Assembly: GCA_965216125.1 (NCBI GenBank)
Contig: OZ244152.1
Span: forward strand, 4,244,937-4,308,936
DNA length: 64,000 bases
Source: Candidatus Multivorans sp.
Lineage (GTDB): Bacteria > Acidobacteriota > Thermoanaerobaculia > Multivoradales > Multivoraceae
Reading direction: 5' to 3'
Shown: piece by piece, positions 35,480 through 45,552 of the stretch
Numbering within the stretch: position 1 is the first letter of the stretch
Layout of the letters: each line of letters starts with the position of its first letter
Notes under the pieces: generated by a model
Seen by the model: only the letters and a program-made list of their open reading frames with translations
Told to the model about the DNA's origin: nothing
Database searches by the model: none
Translations under genes and position numbers: made by a program

Positions 35480-36313
35480 CTATCGTGGGGCGTCGGGATC
35501 GTAGCCCACGATCCGCACCTCGAACACCCACGGCCAGTACTTGCCCGTCAGCAGAAAGGTCCCCGTTTCGGGCCGGTAGGCGATCCCATTCAGGACATCG
35601 GCCGCGGCCGCCTCCCCTTCCGTCAACAGACCCGACGCGTCGACGACGGCGACCACCGAGCCGGAGGCAAGTTCGATCACGGCAATCTCGTCGCTGCCGT
35701 AGAGATTCGCGAAGAGAAGATCGCCGACCAGTTCGAGCTCGTTCAGATCGGGGAGCGGCATACCCTGGCTTGTCACCCGCAGCCGCCGGCGCACCTCCAG
35801 CGTGCGAGGATCGCGGAGGGTCAGAACCGGTGTGCCGTCGCTCATGATCAGGTCCGAACCGTCGTAGGCCAGCCCCCAGCCTTCACCGTCGTATCGGATT
35901 CGGCTCTTCTCCCGTAGCGGGTCGAGCGACCAGACGAGCGCCTCGCCCCGCCGCCAGGTGAGCTGAACGAGCCGCTTGCCGGCATCCGGTACGAGGGCGA
36001 TGCCCTCCCCGAACAGTTTCTGGTCCAGGTTCACACGGGCCAGCTCCTCGCCGTCGCTCCAGTGCCACGCCCGCAGGCTGGAGGAACCGTACGAGCCGGT
36101 GCTCTCATAGACGACGCCTTCCCGCCAGAGCAGTCCCTGCGTGTAGGCCTTGAGGTCGTGCGGACGCCGGTCCAGGACTTCGATCCGCCAGAGCTCGGGC
36201 GCCGGCGCCGGCTGCACGCCGGTCCCCTCCGTCATGGAACCGCTCGACCCCGCCGGCGTACACCCTGCCGCCGGGGAGAGCGAGAGGACCAGAGCCAGAC
36301 AGCAGGCGCGCAT
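35480..36313 (-). CDS. Glutaminyl-peptide cyclotransferase (beta-propeller type), lipoprotein
   Basis: ATG 36313. Lipobox LSPAAGC, with [31 protein letters not shown] and [13 protein letters not shown]. Confidence 0.75.
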   Translation of the reverse strand: MRACCLALVLSLSPAAGCTPAGSSGSMTEGTGVQPAPAPELWRIEVLDRRPHDLKAYTQGLLWREGVVYESTGSYGSSSLRAWHWSDGEELARVNLDQKLFGEGIALVPDAGKRLVQLTWRRGEALVWSLDPLREKSRIRYDGEGWGLAYDGSDLIMSDGTPVLTLRDPRTLEVRRRLRVTSQGMPLPDLNELELVGDLLFANLYGSDEIAVIELASGSVVAVVDASGLLTEGEAAAADVLNGIAYRPETGTFLLTGKYWPWVFEVRIVGYDPDAPR

Positions 36314-36400
36314 CGCGGTCACGCTACCAGCCGTTTCCGAAGCGTTGGCGGCACTCGCCCCTTGACCGTTCTCCACCGGGTTGGAAGAGTGGCGGTCGAG

Positions 36401-37981
36401 ATGAACGCCTCCTTCCTCCGCAGGATCTCCCTGGTCGCCGCCGGCGCGTTGCTGGCAGTCGCCTGGTTCGCTTTCGCGCAGCCGGCTGTCGACACGCCGC
36501 TCAAGAGTCCGCGGGAGACGATGCGCGTCTTCCTCGAGGCCTTCGCGACTGAAGACGGCCGTCCGGACCTGGATGCCGCGGCAGCCTGCCTGGACCTTGG
36601 CGACCTTCCCTTCCCCGTTCGCGCACGGCAGGGAAGGAACCTGGCGAACGAGCTGAAACATGTGATCGACCGGCTCGAGCTCGTGGAGTTCGACGCCATC
36701 CCGGAAGACGGCGACCTCGAACAGTGGCAGTTCAGCGACGAACTATCCGTGCCGATCGTCCTGGCGCCGGACAGCGACGGCCGCTGGCTGTTCAACCGGG
36801 CAACCGTCGCCGCGGTAAGCGCCCTGTACCAGGAAATACGCGAGCGCGCTGTGGTCGAAGGCGTCGAGGAAGCGCCGGTCACTGCCACGATGTGGCTTCA
36901 GGACCGCATTCCGGAGTCCTTTCGCAGCGGCGGCTTCATCCTCTATCCCTGGCAGTGGCTGGCGCTGCCGATCCTGCTCCTTCTCGGCCTCCTGATCGAC
37001 CGGATCATCGTCTGGACCGCCTACGGCCTGCTCGCGAAACCCCTCAGCGGCCGCTATGAGAATCTCGACCTGCCCGGGGCGCGCCGCATTCTGCGACCCA
37101 CCGGACTGCTGGGCATGGCCGCGGCGTGGTGGCTGGGAATCCAGTGGTTGGGCTTAGCCCCACAGGTCGACGTCTGGCTCGATACGACCCTCCTCGTGGT
37201 CCTGCTCCTGGCCCTGGGCCGAGCCGCCTTCGCCCAGATCGACCTTCTGGGGACGGCGCTGCGGGCGCGCGCCGCCCGTTCCGAGAACCGGTTTCAGGAT
37301 CAGTTGGTTCCGTTCGTCACGAAGACCCTGAAGCTGGCTACCGCCGTCATCGGCGCCGTCTTCCTGATGGCCCGGCTGGGCGGAGACGTCACCGCGCTGC
37401 TCGCCGGCCTGGGCCTGAGCGGGTTGGCCGTGGCGCTCGCGGCACAGGACCTGCTGAAGAATCTCTTCGGCTCGATCACGGTGCTCCTCGACCGCCCGTT
37501 CCGGGTCGGCGACTGGATCAAGATCGGCGATGTCGAGGGTGTGGTCGAAGAGGTCGGCTTCCGGAGCACCCGCGTCCGCACGTTCTACGCCTCCCTGATC
37601 ACCCTGCCCAACGCCCGCCTGATCGACGCTTCCGTCGACAACTACGGCGCCAGACGGTTCCGGCGCTGGAGCACCCGCATCCAGATCACGTACGACACGC
37701 CGCCAGCCAGCGTCGATGCGTTCTGCGAGGGCATCCGGCAGCTCGTGCGCGACAACGAATCGATGCGACAGGACGCGGTCGAGATCCACCTGAACGAGTT
37801 CGGCCCCCACGCGCTCGAGATCATGCTCTACGTCTTCTTCAAGGCGCCGGACTGGAGCACCGAGCTGCGGCTCCGCCACGATCTCGCCCTGGACATCCTG
37901 CGCCTGGCCGACCGTCTGGGCGTCCGGATCGCCTTCCCCACCCAGACGATTCAGTTGGAACCATCGCCCCGCGACGACTAG
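36401..37981 (+). CDS. MscS-family mechanosensitive channel with an N-terminal exported domain
   Basis: ATG 36401. Signal/TM LVAAGALLAVAWFAFAQ and the MscS core LKNLFGSITVLLDRPFRVGDWIKIGDVEGVVEEVGFRSTRVRT. Confidence 0.85.
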   Translation: MNASFLRRISLVAAGALLAVAWFAFAQPAVDTPLKSPRETMRVFLEAFATEDGRPDLDAAAACLDLGDLPFPVRARQGRNLANELKHVIDRLELVEFDAIPEDGDLEQWQFSDELSVPIVLAPDSDGRWLFNRATVAAVSALYQEIRERAVVEGVEEAPVTATMWLQDRIPESFRSGGFILYPWQWLALPILLLLGLLIDRIIVWTAYGLLAKPLSGRYENLDLPGARRILRPTGLLGMAAAWWLGIQWLGLAPQVDVWLDTTLLVVLLLALGRAAFAQIDLLGTALRARAARSENRFQDQLVPFVTKTLKLATAVIGAVFLMARLGGDVTALLAGLGLSGLAVALAAQDLLKNLFGSITVLLDRPFRVGDWIKIGDVEGVVEEVGFRSTRVRTFYASLITLPNARLIDASVDNYGARRFRRWSTRIQITYDTPPASVDAFCEGIRQLVRDNESMRQDAVEIHLNEFGPHALEIMLYVFFKAPDWSTELRLRHDLALDILRLADRLGVRIAFPTQTIQLEPSPRDD

Positions 37982-37983
37982 CG

Positions 37984-40900
37984 CTAGCCAGCCTGATCGG
38001 CGGGCAGGACGATCCGCACCGAGAGTCCTCCCTCGGCCCTCCTTGTGGCCGTAATCGTGCCGCCGTGTTCCTCCACGATGCGCCGGGCGATCGGAAGCCC
38101 TAAGCCCGTACCGCCACTCGAGGTCGAGAAGTAGGGCTCGAAGATGCGTTCCAGGTCGGTGTCCGAGACACCCCGGCCCCTGTCGTCCACGGTGATGCCG
38201 AGCGCACCGTCGCCGCCGGCCGGCGCCACAGTGACCCGGACCTCGCCGCCGCTCTCACTCGCGCCGAGGGCGTTCTCGAGCAGGTTGCGGACCGCACGCT
38301 GCACCTGGCGCCGGTCGAAGGCAAGCTGCGCCGCCTCCGCGTCCACTTCCGACTCGAAGACCACGTTCACACCGGCCGGCGGCGGGTGGCGATAGCCGTC
38401 CACAACCTCACGAACCGCAACCGCCAGGTCCCCGGGCGCCGGCCGGGCCAGGGGGATTCTGCTGTAGGTCGAAAACTCGCTCGCCGTGTGCGCCAACTCG
38501 TCGACCTGCACCAGGATGTTGTCGGTGCAGCGCTCGAAGATCTCTTCCAGCCGCTCCGGCGCATCCCGCCACACCTGCCGCAGGTGCTCGGTCGAGAGGC
38601 GGATCGGGGTCAGCGGGTTCTTCACTTCGTGGGCGATGAGCCGTGCCATTTCGGCCCAAGCCTCCAGACGCTGTGCCGCCTCCTCCCGGGCGCGGGTCGA
38701 GGCGATCCGGGCCGCCATGCCGTCGATGGCGACGGCAAGTGTCTTGAGTTCCGTCTCCTGCGGCTCGAAGCCGAGTGAGGGCGCTCCACCGGCGATCCTT
38801 CCGGCCCCGTCGATCATTCGCATGAGCGGGCGCGTGAATCCCCGCGCGAGCCGGGCGCCGACGGTGACCAGCAACAGCACCAGTGCCGTCGTGATCACCA
38901 GGGCCTGCCGCCTCAGGGCGGCAAGTTCGCGGGTGGCCGCCTCCTGTTGCGCCAGCAGCGGCACCGACACGAACAAACCCGATTCCCCCGGACGCTCCTC
39001 TCCCAGGGACACGGGCGTGTACAGCTCCAGGTAGGACGCGCCCTGGCCCACCCTCTGGACACGGGCGGCAGTCGGGTGGCCGAGCAACGCCAACCTGCTG
39101 TAGACGTTTCCCGGAATCCGCTTCGGCATCAGGCCGGCGGTGAAGAGGTCCGGCTTGCTCGATGCGTAGACGCTGCCTCGCCAGTACAGGTTCACTTCGT
39201 GTCCCACGACTTCCGCCAGCCAGGCCAGGAGCTCGTGGTCCAACTCGGCGTCCATCGAGAACCCCGCCTCCAAGCCGAGGAGGAAGTCGGTCAGGACGTA
39301 CTCGAGCGACACGAGGGCAGTACGGCCGGCCACTTCCTGCTCGGCCTGAATCCGGGCGCCCAGATTGCGCAGGAGCAGCCCGTTGAGCAGCGTCAGCGGC
39401 ACGATCGCGATCAGAGCCAGCACCGCGGTGAGCCGCACTGAGTAGCGTCGGACATCGGGCAGGAGACTCCCACGCAGTTTCGCTGTCGGCAGGCTGATCA
39501 GGAGCACGGCGACCGCCACCGCGGTCAGGGCCAGCACCAGCCGCGCTGCGACCGTTGCGATCCTCCAGATGCGTTCCGCCAGCGCCTGCTCGGGCAGCAG
39601 GGCGACGACCCAGAGACCTTCGAGCCTGGTGGGGTTGAACCAGGCCAGGGCGGGTCCTGCCGGCGTCTCGACGCGCATGGTCCGGCGCGGATCCACCGCC
39701 TCCGAGGGGGCCGGCAACTGCCAGTCCTCCTGCCACGGTGAGACAAGCGGTCGTCCCGCGCCGTCGACATAGGCGATGAGCGCCCTTCCCGGCGGATTCG
39801 AGGCGCTCCGACTTCGGCCCGGGCCTCCCCGCAGGAGGCGCAGTTCGAGTTCGGCGCCGGCGCCCGAGGTGACGCTGCTCCAGACATCGAGTTCCGGAAA
39901 CGCCGCCATCCAGTAGCGCACCACGCCCCAGCCCTGTCCCGCGGAGACGACCGCGACCTCACCCGAGGCGCTGCGCTGCTGCTGCCACACCGGCAGGTCA
40001 ACGCGCGGCCAGCGCGCGCTGTCGACCGCGAGGTCCCCGGTCGCCGCGTCGACCGGCAGGCCGTAGGAGAAGGTCGACGAAACCCCGTCGTCCCGGATCA
40101 CGGCGAGAGCCGAGAACGTCTCGGAAGAGGCCAGGGGCGACCGGCGCCAAAGCTCCAGGGCCAGGTCCTGGTGATCGTCGAGCTCGTTCGGATCGCCCAG
40201 GGCCAGCTCCCTCAGGTCGGTCGCCGCCACGAAGGAACTCGTTCTCTGCGCCATCGCCGCGACCTGCTCGGGATCCGGAGCGTCGAGACCGCCTCGAACA
40301 TTCTCGGCGAGCAGTGCACGCAGCGCAGGCCCGTGCGTCGCTTCGGCAAGCAGGCCCACACCGACCGCCGCCGCCGTCGCGGTCAGCAGAAGGTGCATCC
40401 AATCACGGCCATCCGGCCAACCGGCGGCCCAGAGCGCGCTCCCGGCGAGCAGAACCCAACCCGCCAGCAGGACCACCCAGTGGCCGACCGGGCCCCCGAA
40501 TGAACCTCCCAGATCCGCCGGCGTCCCGACCGCGTCGGTCGCCCAGATCTGCCACCGGTAGAGGCCGTAGCCCACGGCCGAACAGGCCCCGGTCAGGCCA
40601 AGCACCGCCGCTGCGGGTCGCCGCCTCGCCGGTGCACTACCGCTCCAGCGCCGGAAGGCCCAGGCCAGCGACAATCCGACCCCGAGAGTGACGGAACCCA
40701 CAGCGAGCCAGCCGGCGGCTCCCCGGTGATGTTCAGCGGCAGGCTCGAATCGCAGACGCAACCAGGGCGCCGGAACGCCGTCCGGCGGAGCGAGTTCTCG
40801 AATACCGGTTGCCTCCAGGGCCGGCGTCAGAGGTTCCGCGGAGTGGTCCCGCACGGACCACCTGACCCCATGGCGCCGCAGTCCGGGCGGCGTCCGGACC

Positions 40901-41421
40901 GGCAATGTGTCGGTCGGATACGTGTTGCCGACCACCAACCGCCAGCCGCCTTCGCCCGTGCTCACGTCGACAGCCGCGTACAGCGAAACTGCCGTGAAGC
41001 CGGCGGTCTGGTTGATGCCGCCCGGCAGGAGGCGATCGAGCGGAAGATCGTGCCTCAGCCCTGAGCCGCCCCATGCCTGCGCCAGACCGTCGGGATCGAC
41101 CAGGACCAGGGTGCGGCCGTCCGCGCGGCTGGCCCGGTCCAACTCCTCGAACACACTCTGTCTGGCCTGCGCCGAGTGGAGCGGAATGGTTCCGGTCCGG
41201 CGGACACTCTCCGCTGCGCGCTCGACGTCGGCCAGCAGATCCAGCAGCAGTTCCTGGTAGGCCGTTTCCATCGCGGCCATCTGCCCGCGAGTCGGAAGCG
41301 GCGGCTCGTCGCTCCGCGGCCATCGCTCGGCCACGAACAGGATGGCGGCCAGCATGAACAGGCCGAGGATGATGCGAAGCTCAGCAGCCCCCCCGCCGCG
41401 CCCGTCCGCGGAGGCCGTCAT
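37984..41421 (-). CDS. Large multi-TM sensor histidine kinase (NtrY/AtoS-like HisKA)
   Basis: 1145 aa with about 8 hydrophobic segments flanking three large loops. HAMP-like linker, H-box IAHEVKNPLTPI, N-box NLLENAL, G1 DDRGRGV and G2 GTGLGL. Confidence 0.85.
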   Translation of the reverse strand: MTASADGRGGGAAELRIILGLFMLAAILFVAERWPRSDEPPLPTRGQMAAMETAYQELLLDLLADVERAAESVRRTGTIPLHSAQARQSVFEELDRASRADGRTLVLVDPDGLAQAWGGSGLRHDLPLDRLLPGGINQTAGFTAVSLYAAVDVSTGEGGWRLVVGNTYPTDTLPVRTPPGLRRHGVRWSVRDHSAEPLTPALEATGIRELAPPDGVPAPWLRLRFEPAAEHHRGAAGWLAVGSVTLGVGLSLAWAFRRWSGSAPARRRPAAAVLGLTGACSAVGYGLYRWQIWATDAVGTPADLGGSFGGPVGHWVVLLAGWVLLAGSALWAAGWPDGRDWMHLLLTATAAAVGVGLLAEATHGPALRALLAENVRGGLDAPDPEQVAAMAQRTSSFVAATDLRELALGDPNELDDHQDLALELWRRSPLASSETFSALAVIRDDGVSSTFSYGLPVDAATGDLAVDSARWPRVDLPVWQQQRSASGEVAVVSAGQGWGVVRYWMAAFPELDVWSSVTSGAGAELELRLLRGGPGRSRSASNPPGRALIAYVDGAGRPLVSPWQEDWQLPAPSEAVDPRRTMRVETPAGPALAWFNPTRLEGLWVVALLPEQALAERIWRIATVAARLVLALTAVAVAVLLISLPTAKLRGSLLPDVRRYSVRLTAVLALIAIVPLTLLNGLLLRNLGARIQAEQEVAGRTALVSLEYVLTDFLLGLEAGFSMDAELDHELLAWLAEVVGHEVNLYWRGSVYASSKPDLFTAGLMPKRIPGNVYSRLALLGHPTAARVQRVGQGASYLELYTPVSLGEERPGESGLFVSVPLLAQQEAATRELAALRRQALVITTALVLLLVTVGARLARGFTRPLMRMIDGAGRIAGGAPSLGFEPQETELKTLAVAIDGMAARIASTRAREEAAQRLEAWAEMARLIAHEVKNPLTPIRLSTEHLRQVWRDAPERLEEIFERCTDNILVQVDELAHTASEFSTYSRIPLARPAPGDLAVAVREVVDGYRHPPPAGVNVVFESEVDAEAAQLAFDRRQVQRAVRNLLENALGASESGGEVRVTVAPAGGDGALGITVDDRGRGVSDTDLERIFEPYFSTSSGGTGLGLPIARRIVEEHGGTITATRRAEGGLSVRIVLPADQAG

Positions 41422-41471
41422 GGGTCAGTCGCTGCCAAGCGCGCTGTTTACCCGACGCATCGCGTGGGATT

Positions 41472-42134
41472 CTACGCCTCAGCCGCACGCACCGCGGCGA
41501 CAATCCGGGCCGCGACCTGATCGGCCCCGCCGGTCGAGGTGTCGATCACTTCGTAGCTCGCATCGCGCCGCAGCGGTGAGGCGCTGCGCCGGGTGTCGCG
41601 CTCGTCCCGGGCCTCGATCTCCCGCCTGAGTCGCTTGCGGTCGCCGGCATCCCGACCGCCAAGCTGGCGCAGACGCCGTTCCGTACGGACTTCGAGCGGC
41701 GCGTCGAGGAAGAACTTGTGTCTCGTCTGGGGAAACACGACCGTGCCGATGTCGCGGCCCTCAACCACCGCGCCCTCCCTGGCCGCGAACTCGCGCTGCT
41801 TGGCGACCAGCCAGGAACGCACCTGGGGATGAACCGCGACCCGCGAGGTCGCCGCGTCGACTCGAAGAGTGCGAAGCAGCGCCCCGGGAGCGAACCCGTC
41901 GACGACCACCTCCGCGTCGGCTGCCCGGGAACGCAACTCGAACCCGATCCTTCCGATCAACTCGACCATTGCCGACTCCTCGGCCGGGTCAAGACCGTCC
42001 TCCAGCGCCTTCCACGCCACCGCCCGGTACATGGCGCCCGTGTCGAGATAGGCAACGCCCAGTTCCGCCGCGACCCTCCGGGCGACGGTGCTCTTGCCGA
42101 CGCCGGATGGGCCGTCGATGGCGACAACCGTCAC
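41472..42134 (-). CDS. cmk: Cytidylate kinase
   Basis: GTG 42134 gives MTVVAIDGPSGVGKSTVARRVA...YLDTGAMYR. GTGA overlap with the rluB stop; the track ORF's longer extension is a shadow over rluB. Confidence 0.9.
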   Translation of the reverse strand: MTVVAIDGPSGVGKSTVARRVAAELGVAYLDTGAMYRAVAWKALEDGLDPAEESAMVELIGRIGFELRSRAADAEVVVDGFAPGALLRTLRVDAATSRVAVHPQVRSWLVAKQREFAAREGAVVEGRDIGTVVFPQTRHKFFLDAPLEVRTERRLRQLGGRDAGDRKRLRREIEARDERDTRRSASPLRRDASYEVIDTSTGGADQVAARIVAAVRAAEA

Positions 42135-42946
42135 CGCCGGCGTGGTCGTCGTCGGGGGCCGGCGCCGGAACGCTTTCCCGAGACCGGCCCTGAACCGGCC
42201 CGCAGAGTCGCCACTTCGTCGGGCGAAAGCTCGCGCCAGCTCCCGGTCCGGAGGTCGGCGTCCTGGAGACGGCCGATCGCCACCCGGCGCAGTCGTTGCA
42301 CCGGGTGCCCAACGCGGAAGAACATCTCGCGGATCTGCCGGGTCTTCCCTTCGCGCAGTTCCATCTCCCACCAACTCGCCGACCGCGCGGTCCTGCCTCC
42401 CCGGCGCGTTCGGACCTGGCGCGGCGTCATCGGCGCCGTTCGCCGGCCCGCGATGAACATCCCTCGTCCGAGTCGCTCGATCGCCGCCTTGCCGGGAAAG
42501 CCCCGAACCTTGACCAGATATCGCTTGGAGCATCCGAAGCGGGGATGGGTCAGGTGGTTGGCGAGATCCCCATCGTCGGTGAAGAGGAGCAGACCTTCAG
42601 TCGCGTAGTCGAGCCGTCCGACAGGCTTGAGCCGTCCGCGCCACCTCTCGGGCAGAAGGTCCATGACCGTCGGCCGCCCTTCCGGGTCGCTGCGCGTCGT
42701 GACGTGGCCCGCCGGCTTGTTCAGCAAGACGTAAAGCGCCGGCGCGGTCTGTGCGATCGGCTCGCCGTCGACCCGCACCGTCTCCGTTCTCCTTCCCCGC
42801 TGCTCGACGCGGTCGCCGAGCACCGCGACCCGGTCGCCGATCGTGACCCGCCCGGACCGAATCAGATCCTCCGCGGCCCGGCGTGAGGCGACGCCGGCGC
42901 GGGACAGGATCTTCTGCAGGCGCTCGCCCGTCGGCTCGTCAGTCAT
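42131..42946 (-). CDS. rluB: RsuA/RluB-family pseudouridine synthase
   Basis: ERLQKILSRAGVASRRAAEDLIRSGRVTI (S4 domain) and catalytic GRLDYATEGLLLFTDDG. Alternative start at 42967. Confidence 0.85.
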   Translation of the reverse strand: MTDEPTGERLQKILSRAGVASRRAAEDLIRSGRVTIGDRVAVLGDRVEQRGRRTETVRVDGEPIAQTAPALYVLLNKPAGHVTTRSDPEGRPTVMDLLPERWRGRLKPVGRLDYATEGLLLFTDDGDLANHLTHPRFGCSKRYLVKVRGFPGKAAIERLGRGMFIAGRRTAPMTPRQVRTRRGGRTARSASWWEMELREGKTRQIREMFFRVGHPVQRLRRVAIGRLQDADLRTGSWRELSPDEVATLRAGSGPVSGKRSGAGPRRRPRRR

Positions 42947-43556
42947 CGATAGGTTCCGCCGGCGCAAGGGCGATCGTGGTCTGGGACGGATCTTCGTCGG
43001 CGGCGGCCAGGAAGGTTTCTTCGAACTCCTCCAGAGGGGGGAGTTCAGAGAGCGAGCGCAGACCGAAGTGCAGCAGAAAGTCGCGCGTCGTAGCGTATAG
43101 GAAGGGACTGCCGACGACTTCCTTGCGACCGGAGATCCGGATCAACCGGCGTTCGAGGAGTGTCTTCAACACGCCCGAGGAGTTCTTTCCCCGCAACTCC
43201 TGGATCTCCGGGGTCGTGACCGGTTGGCGGTAGGCGATGATCGCCAGCGTCTCCACCGCGGCCATGGACAACCTGCTGCGGCCGGCCACCTCGAAGAACT
43301 TGCGGAGGTAGGGGTGAAGGTCGGACCGGGTCACCAGACGGTATCCGCCGGCTGCCTGGTCCAACACGACGCCGCGGTTCGGTGACACGCCCGACTCGTC
43401 GACCCGATAGCGGTCGAGAAACGCCTCCAACGCCTCCGCCGCGCGTTCCCGATCCTGTTCGGGGAACACCTCGAGAAGCTTCCCCTCGGGTTGAGGATCG
43501 GGGCTGGCGAACAGCAGCGCCTCGAACACCGCCTCCATCTCGGCCCCGTCGGTCAT
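42939..43556 (-). CDS. scpB: Segregation and condensation protein B
   Basis: ATG 43556 overlaps the scpA stop. Motifs EALLFASPDP, LAIIAYRQPVTTPEIQELRG and LYATT.DFL. Confidence 0.85.
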   Translation of the reverse strand: MTDGAEMEAVFEALLFASPDPQPEGKLLEVFPEQDRERAAEALEAFLDRYRVDESGVSPNRGVVLDQAAGGYRLVTRSDLHPYLRKFFEVAGRSRLSMAAVETLAIIAYRQPVTTPEIQELRGKNSSGVLKTLLERRLIRISGRKEVVGSPFLYATTRDFLLHFGLRSLSELPPLEEFEETFLAAADEDPSQTTIALAPAEPIDD

Positions 43557-44356
43557 CCCGTGAACTCCTCCAGCAGCACCGGATCCAGCGCCCGCGTGGT
43601 GCGGAACAGGAAAACGGCGCCGGCGTCGGATGCGTGGAGCCGGACCAGGTTGAGCCGGGCCATCTCCAGCACGGCCAGGAAACACGCGATCGCCTCCGCC
43701 CGGCTCGACAGAGCGAACAGGTCATCCTTCAGATCGAGCGACCGTCCACCTTCAAAGCGGCTCAGGAGCCGCTCGATCTGGCCGCGAACGGTGAAGGTCT
43801 CGCCCTGGTAGATCAGCGAACTGGGGTGCTCCTCGTCGTAACGCCGCAGCACGCCGCGCAGCACCTGGAGCAGGTCGAACAGCGACAGATCACCCATGTC
43901 GAACTCGTCGTCCTCGCCGGGCCCCAGGCTCTCCGCGGCACCGCGGGTCCAGAGCCCATGGCGCAGGTCGTCGACTTCGGCCAGGGTCTGAGCAGCCTCC
44001 TTGAGCCGCTGGTACTCCAGCAACCGTTCGATCAGTTCCCGGCGCGGATCTTCCGGCTCTTCACCCGGCGCGGGTTCGGGTTGGGGCAGCAACAATCTGG
44101 CCTTGAGCTGAATCAGGAGCGCCGCTTCGTAGATGTACTCGGCCGCGATGTCGAGATCGAGTTCGTCCATCAGGGCAAGGTACTCGTGGAACTGATCGCA
44201 GATCAGAGCCACCGGAATGTCCGTGATCTCGATCTCGCTGACTCGCACGAGGTGAAGCAACAGATCGAGGGGACCCTCGAACTCCGGTAGCTGGATCCGC
44301 CAAGAGGCCGGCAGAAAACTGGTTGCCGCCCGGGCGCTGGCGGATCCTGAACTCAT
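43553..44356 (-). CDS. scpA: Segregation and condensation protein A
   Basis: ATG 44356. FEGPLDLLLHLV kleisin N-terminal motif. Confidence 0.85.
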   Translation of the reverse strand: MSSGSASARAATSFLPASWRIQLPEFEGPLDLLLHLVRVSEIEITDIPVALICDQFHEYLALMDELDLDIAAEYIYEAALLIQLKARLLLPQPEPAPGEEPEDPRRELIERLLEYQRLKEAAQTLAEVDDLRHGLWTRGAAESLGPGEDDEFDMGDLSLFDLLQVLRGVLRRYDEEHPSSLIYQGETFTVRGQIERLLSRFEGGRSLDLKDDLFALSSRAEAIACFLAVLEMARLNLVRLHASDAGAVFLFRTTRALDPVLLEEFTG

Positions 44357-45552
44357 CTGGCCGGATTCTTCCACACCGGCGGGGCCGATCCACCCACTCG
44401 CTCCAGTGCATCCAACCACTGTTGCGCGGCGTGCCGCGGCCGGTAGGCCTGGTCCAGGCGACGCCGGCCCGCCGCGCCCCGCCGGCCCGATTCAGCGGGG
44501 TCGGACGTTGCCGCGATCAACGCGTCGGCGAGAGCGCTCGAACGTTCCGGCGGCACCAACCAGCCGGTTTCGCCATCGACGACGACCTTCGGAATGCCGC
44601 TGACGGCGGATGCGATGACGGGTATCCCGTCGCCCATCGCCTCGAGGACGACCAGCGGCATACCCTCGTAGGTGGAGGGAACGACGAGGGCCGTCGCGCC
44701 CTGCCGCAACCGGGCGACCTCCGACCGAGAGCAGCGGCCCGCGAAGCGCACGCTCGCTCCCAACCGAAGACGGCGCGCCAGCGCGGCCAGGGACCGACGC
44801 CGTTCTCCGTCGCCCGCGATGACCAGCCGCGGCCGGCGCCCCCGTTGACGGGCCGCCGCCAGAGCATGGAGCAGGATCTCGAACCCCTTGCGGATCCGCA
44901 TCCGCCCGACCGCGAGCACGAACGGCTCCTGACCCGCAACCGCGTCTTCCCGCATGTTCCCGGTGTCGCGCTCGTCCGCGCGGTCCAGGGGCGCTCCCGT
45001 CACATTCGGGACCACCTGGACACCGGTTACACCGTAGTCGAGCTCGATCTCCCTCGCCGTGACCTCACTCGGGGCGAGACGCAAGTCGGCGCACCGGGCC
45101 GTGATCCGGCCCAGCGCGATGTGCAGAGGCGTGCGCAGCGACCGAAAGACGCGCTCGCTCGTCGCAGGACGGGCAACCACCGCGAAGCGACGATCGCCGT
45201 CGACCAGCGGACGGACCGCCAGGCGCTCCCGGACATAGCTCACCTGCTGGAGGGTTGCGAGCAGCGGTCTCGAGGCGCCGGCCTGTCGGGCAAGGTCACG
45301 GATCACCAGACCGCCGTCGCTCTCGTGGACCTGCACCACGTCCGGCCGCCAGTCGTTGACCCGGCGCGCGACGGCACGCCGGGCATACCAGGGAAACGAG
45401 GTCTTCGAGGCCTTCGGACCGCACCGGTCACGACCCATGACGTCCACGTCGCAGCCGGCCTGCCGCAGGCCCCAGGCGAGCTGCAGCACCTGCTCGCCGG
45501 CGCCGGAGAGATCCCGCGGGGGCAGGACATTGGCGACCAGGAGGACCTTCAC
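44353..45552 (-). CDS. GT4-family (GT-B fold) glycosyltransferase
   Basis: GTG 45552 (VKVLLVANVLPP) overlaps the recG stop. C-terminal E-x7-E region PSTYEGMPLVVLEAMGDGIPVIAS. Confidence 0.8.
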   Translation of the reverse strand: MKVLLVANVLPPRDLSGAGEQVLQLAWGLRQAGCDVDVMGRDRCGPKASKTSFPWYARRAVARRVNDWRPDVVQVHESDGGLVIRDLARQAGASRPLLATLQQVSYVRERLAVRPLVDGDRRFAVVARPATSERVFRSLRTPLHIALGRITARCADLRLAPSEVTAREIELDYGVTGVQVVPNVTGAPLDRADERDTGNMREDAVAGQEPFVLAVGRMRIRKGFEILLHALAAARQRGRRPRLVIAGDGERRRSLAALARRLRLGASVRFAGRCSRSEVARLRQGATALVVPSTYEGMPLVVLEAMGDGIPVIASAVSGIPKVVVDGETGWLVPPERSSALADALIAATSDPAESGRRGAAGRRRLDQAYRPRHAAQQWLDALERVGGSAPPVWKNPAR

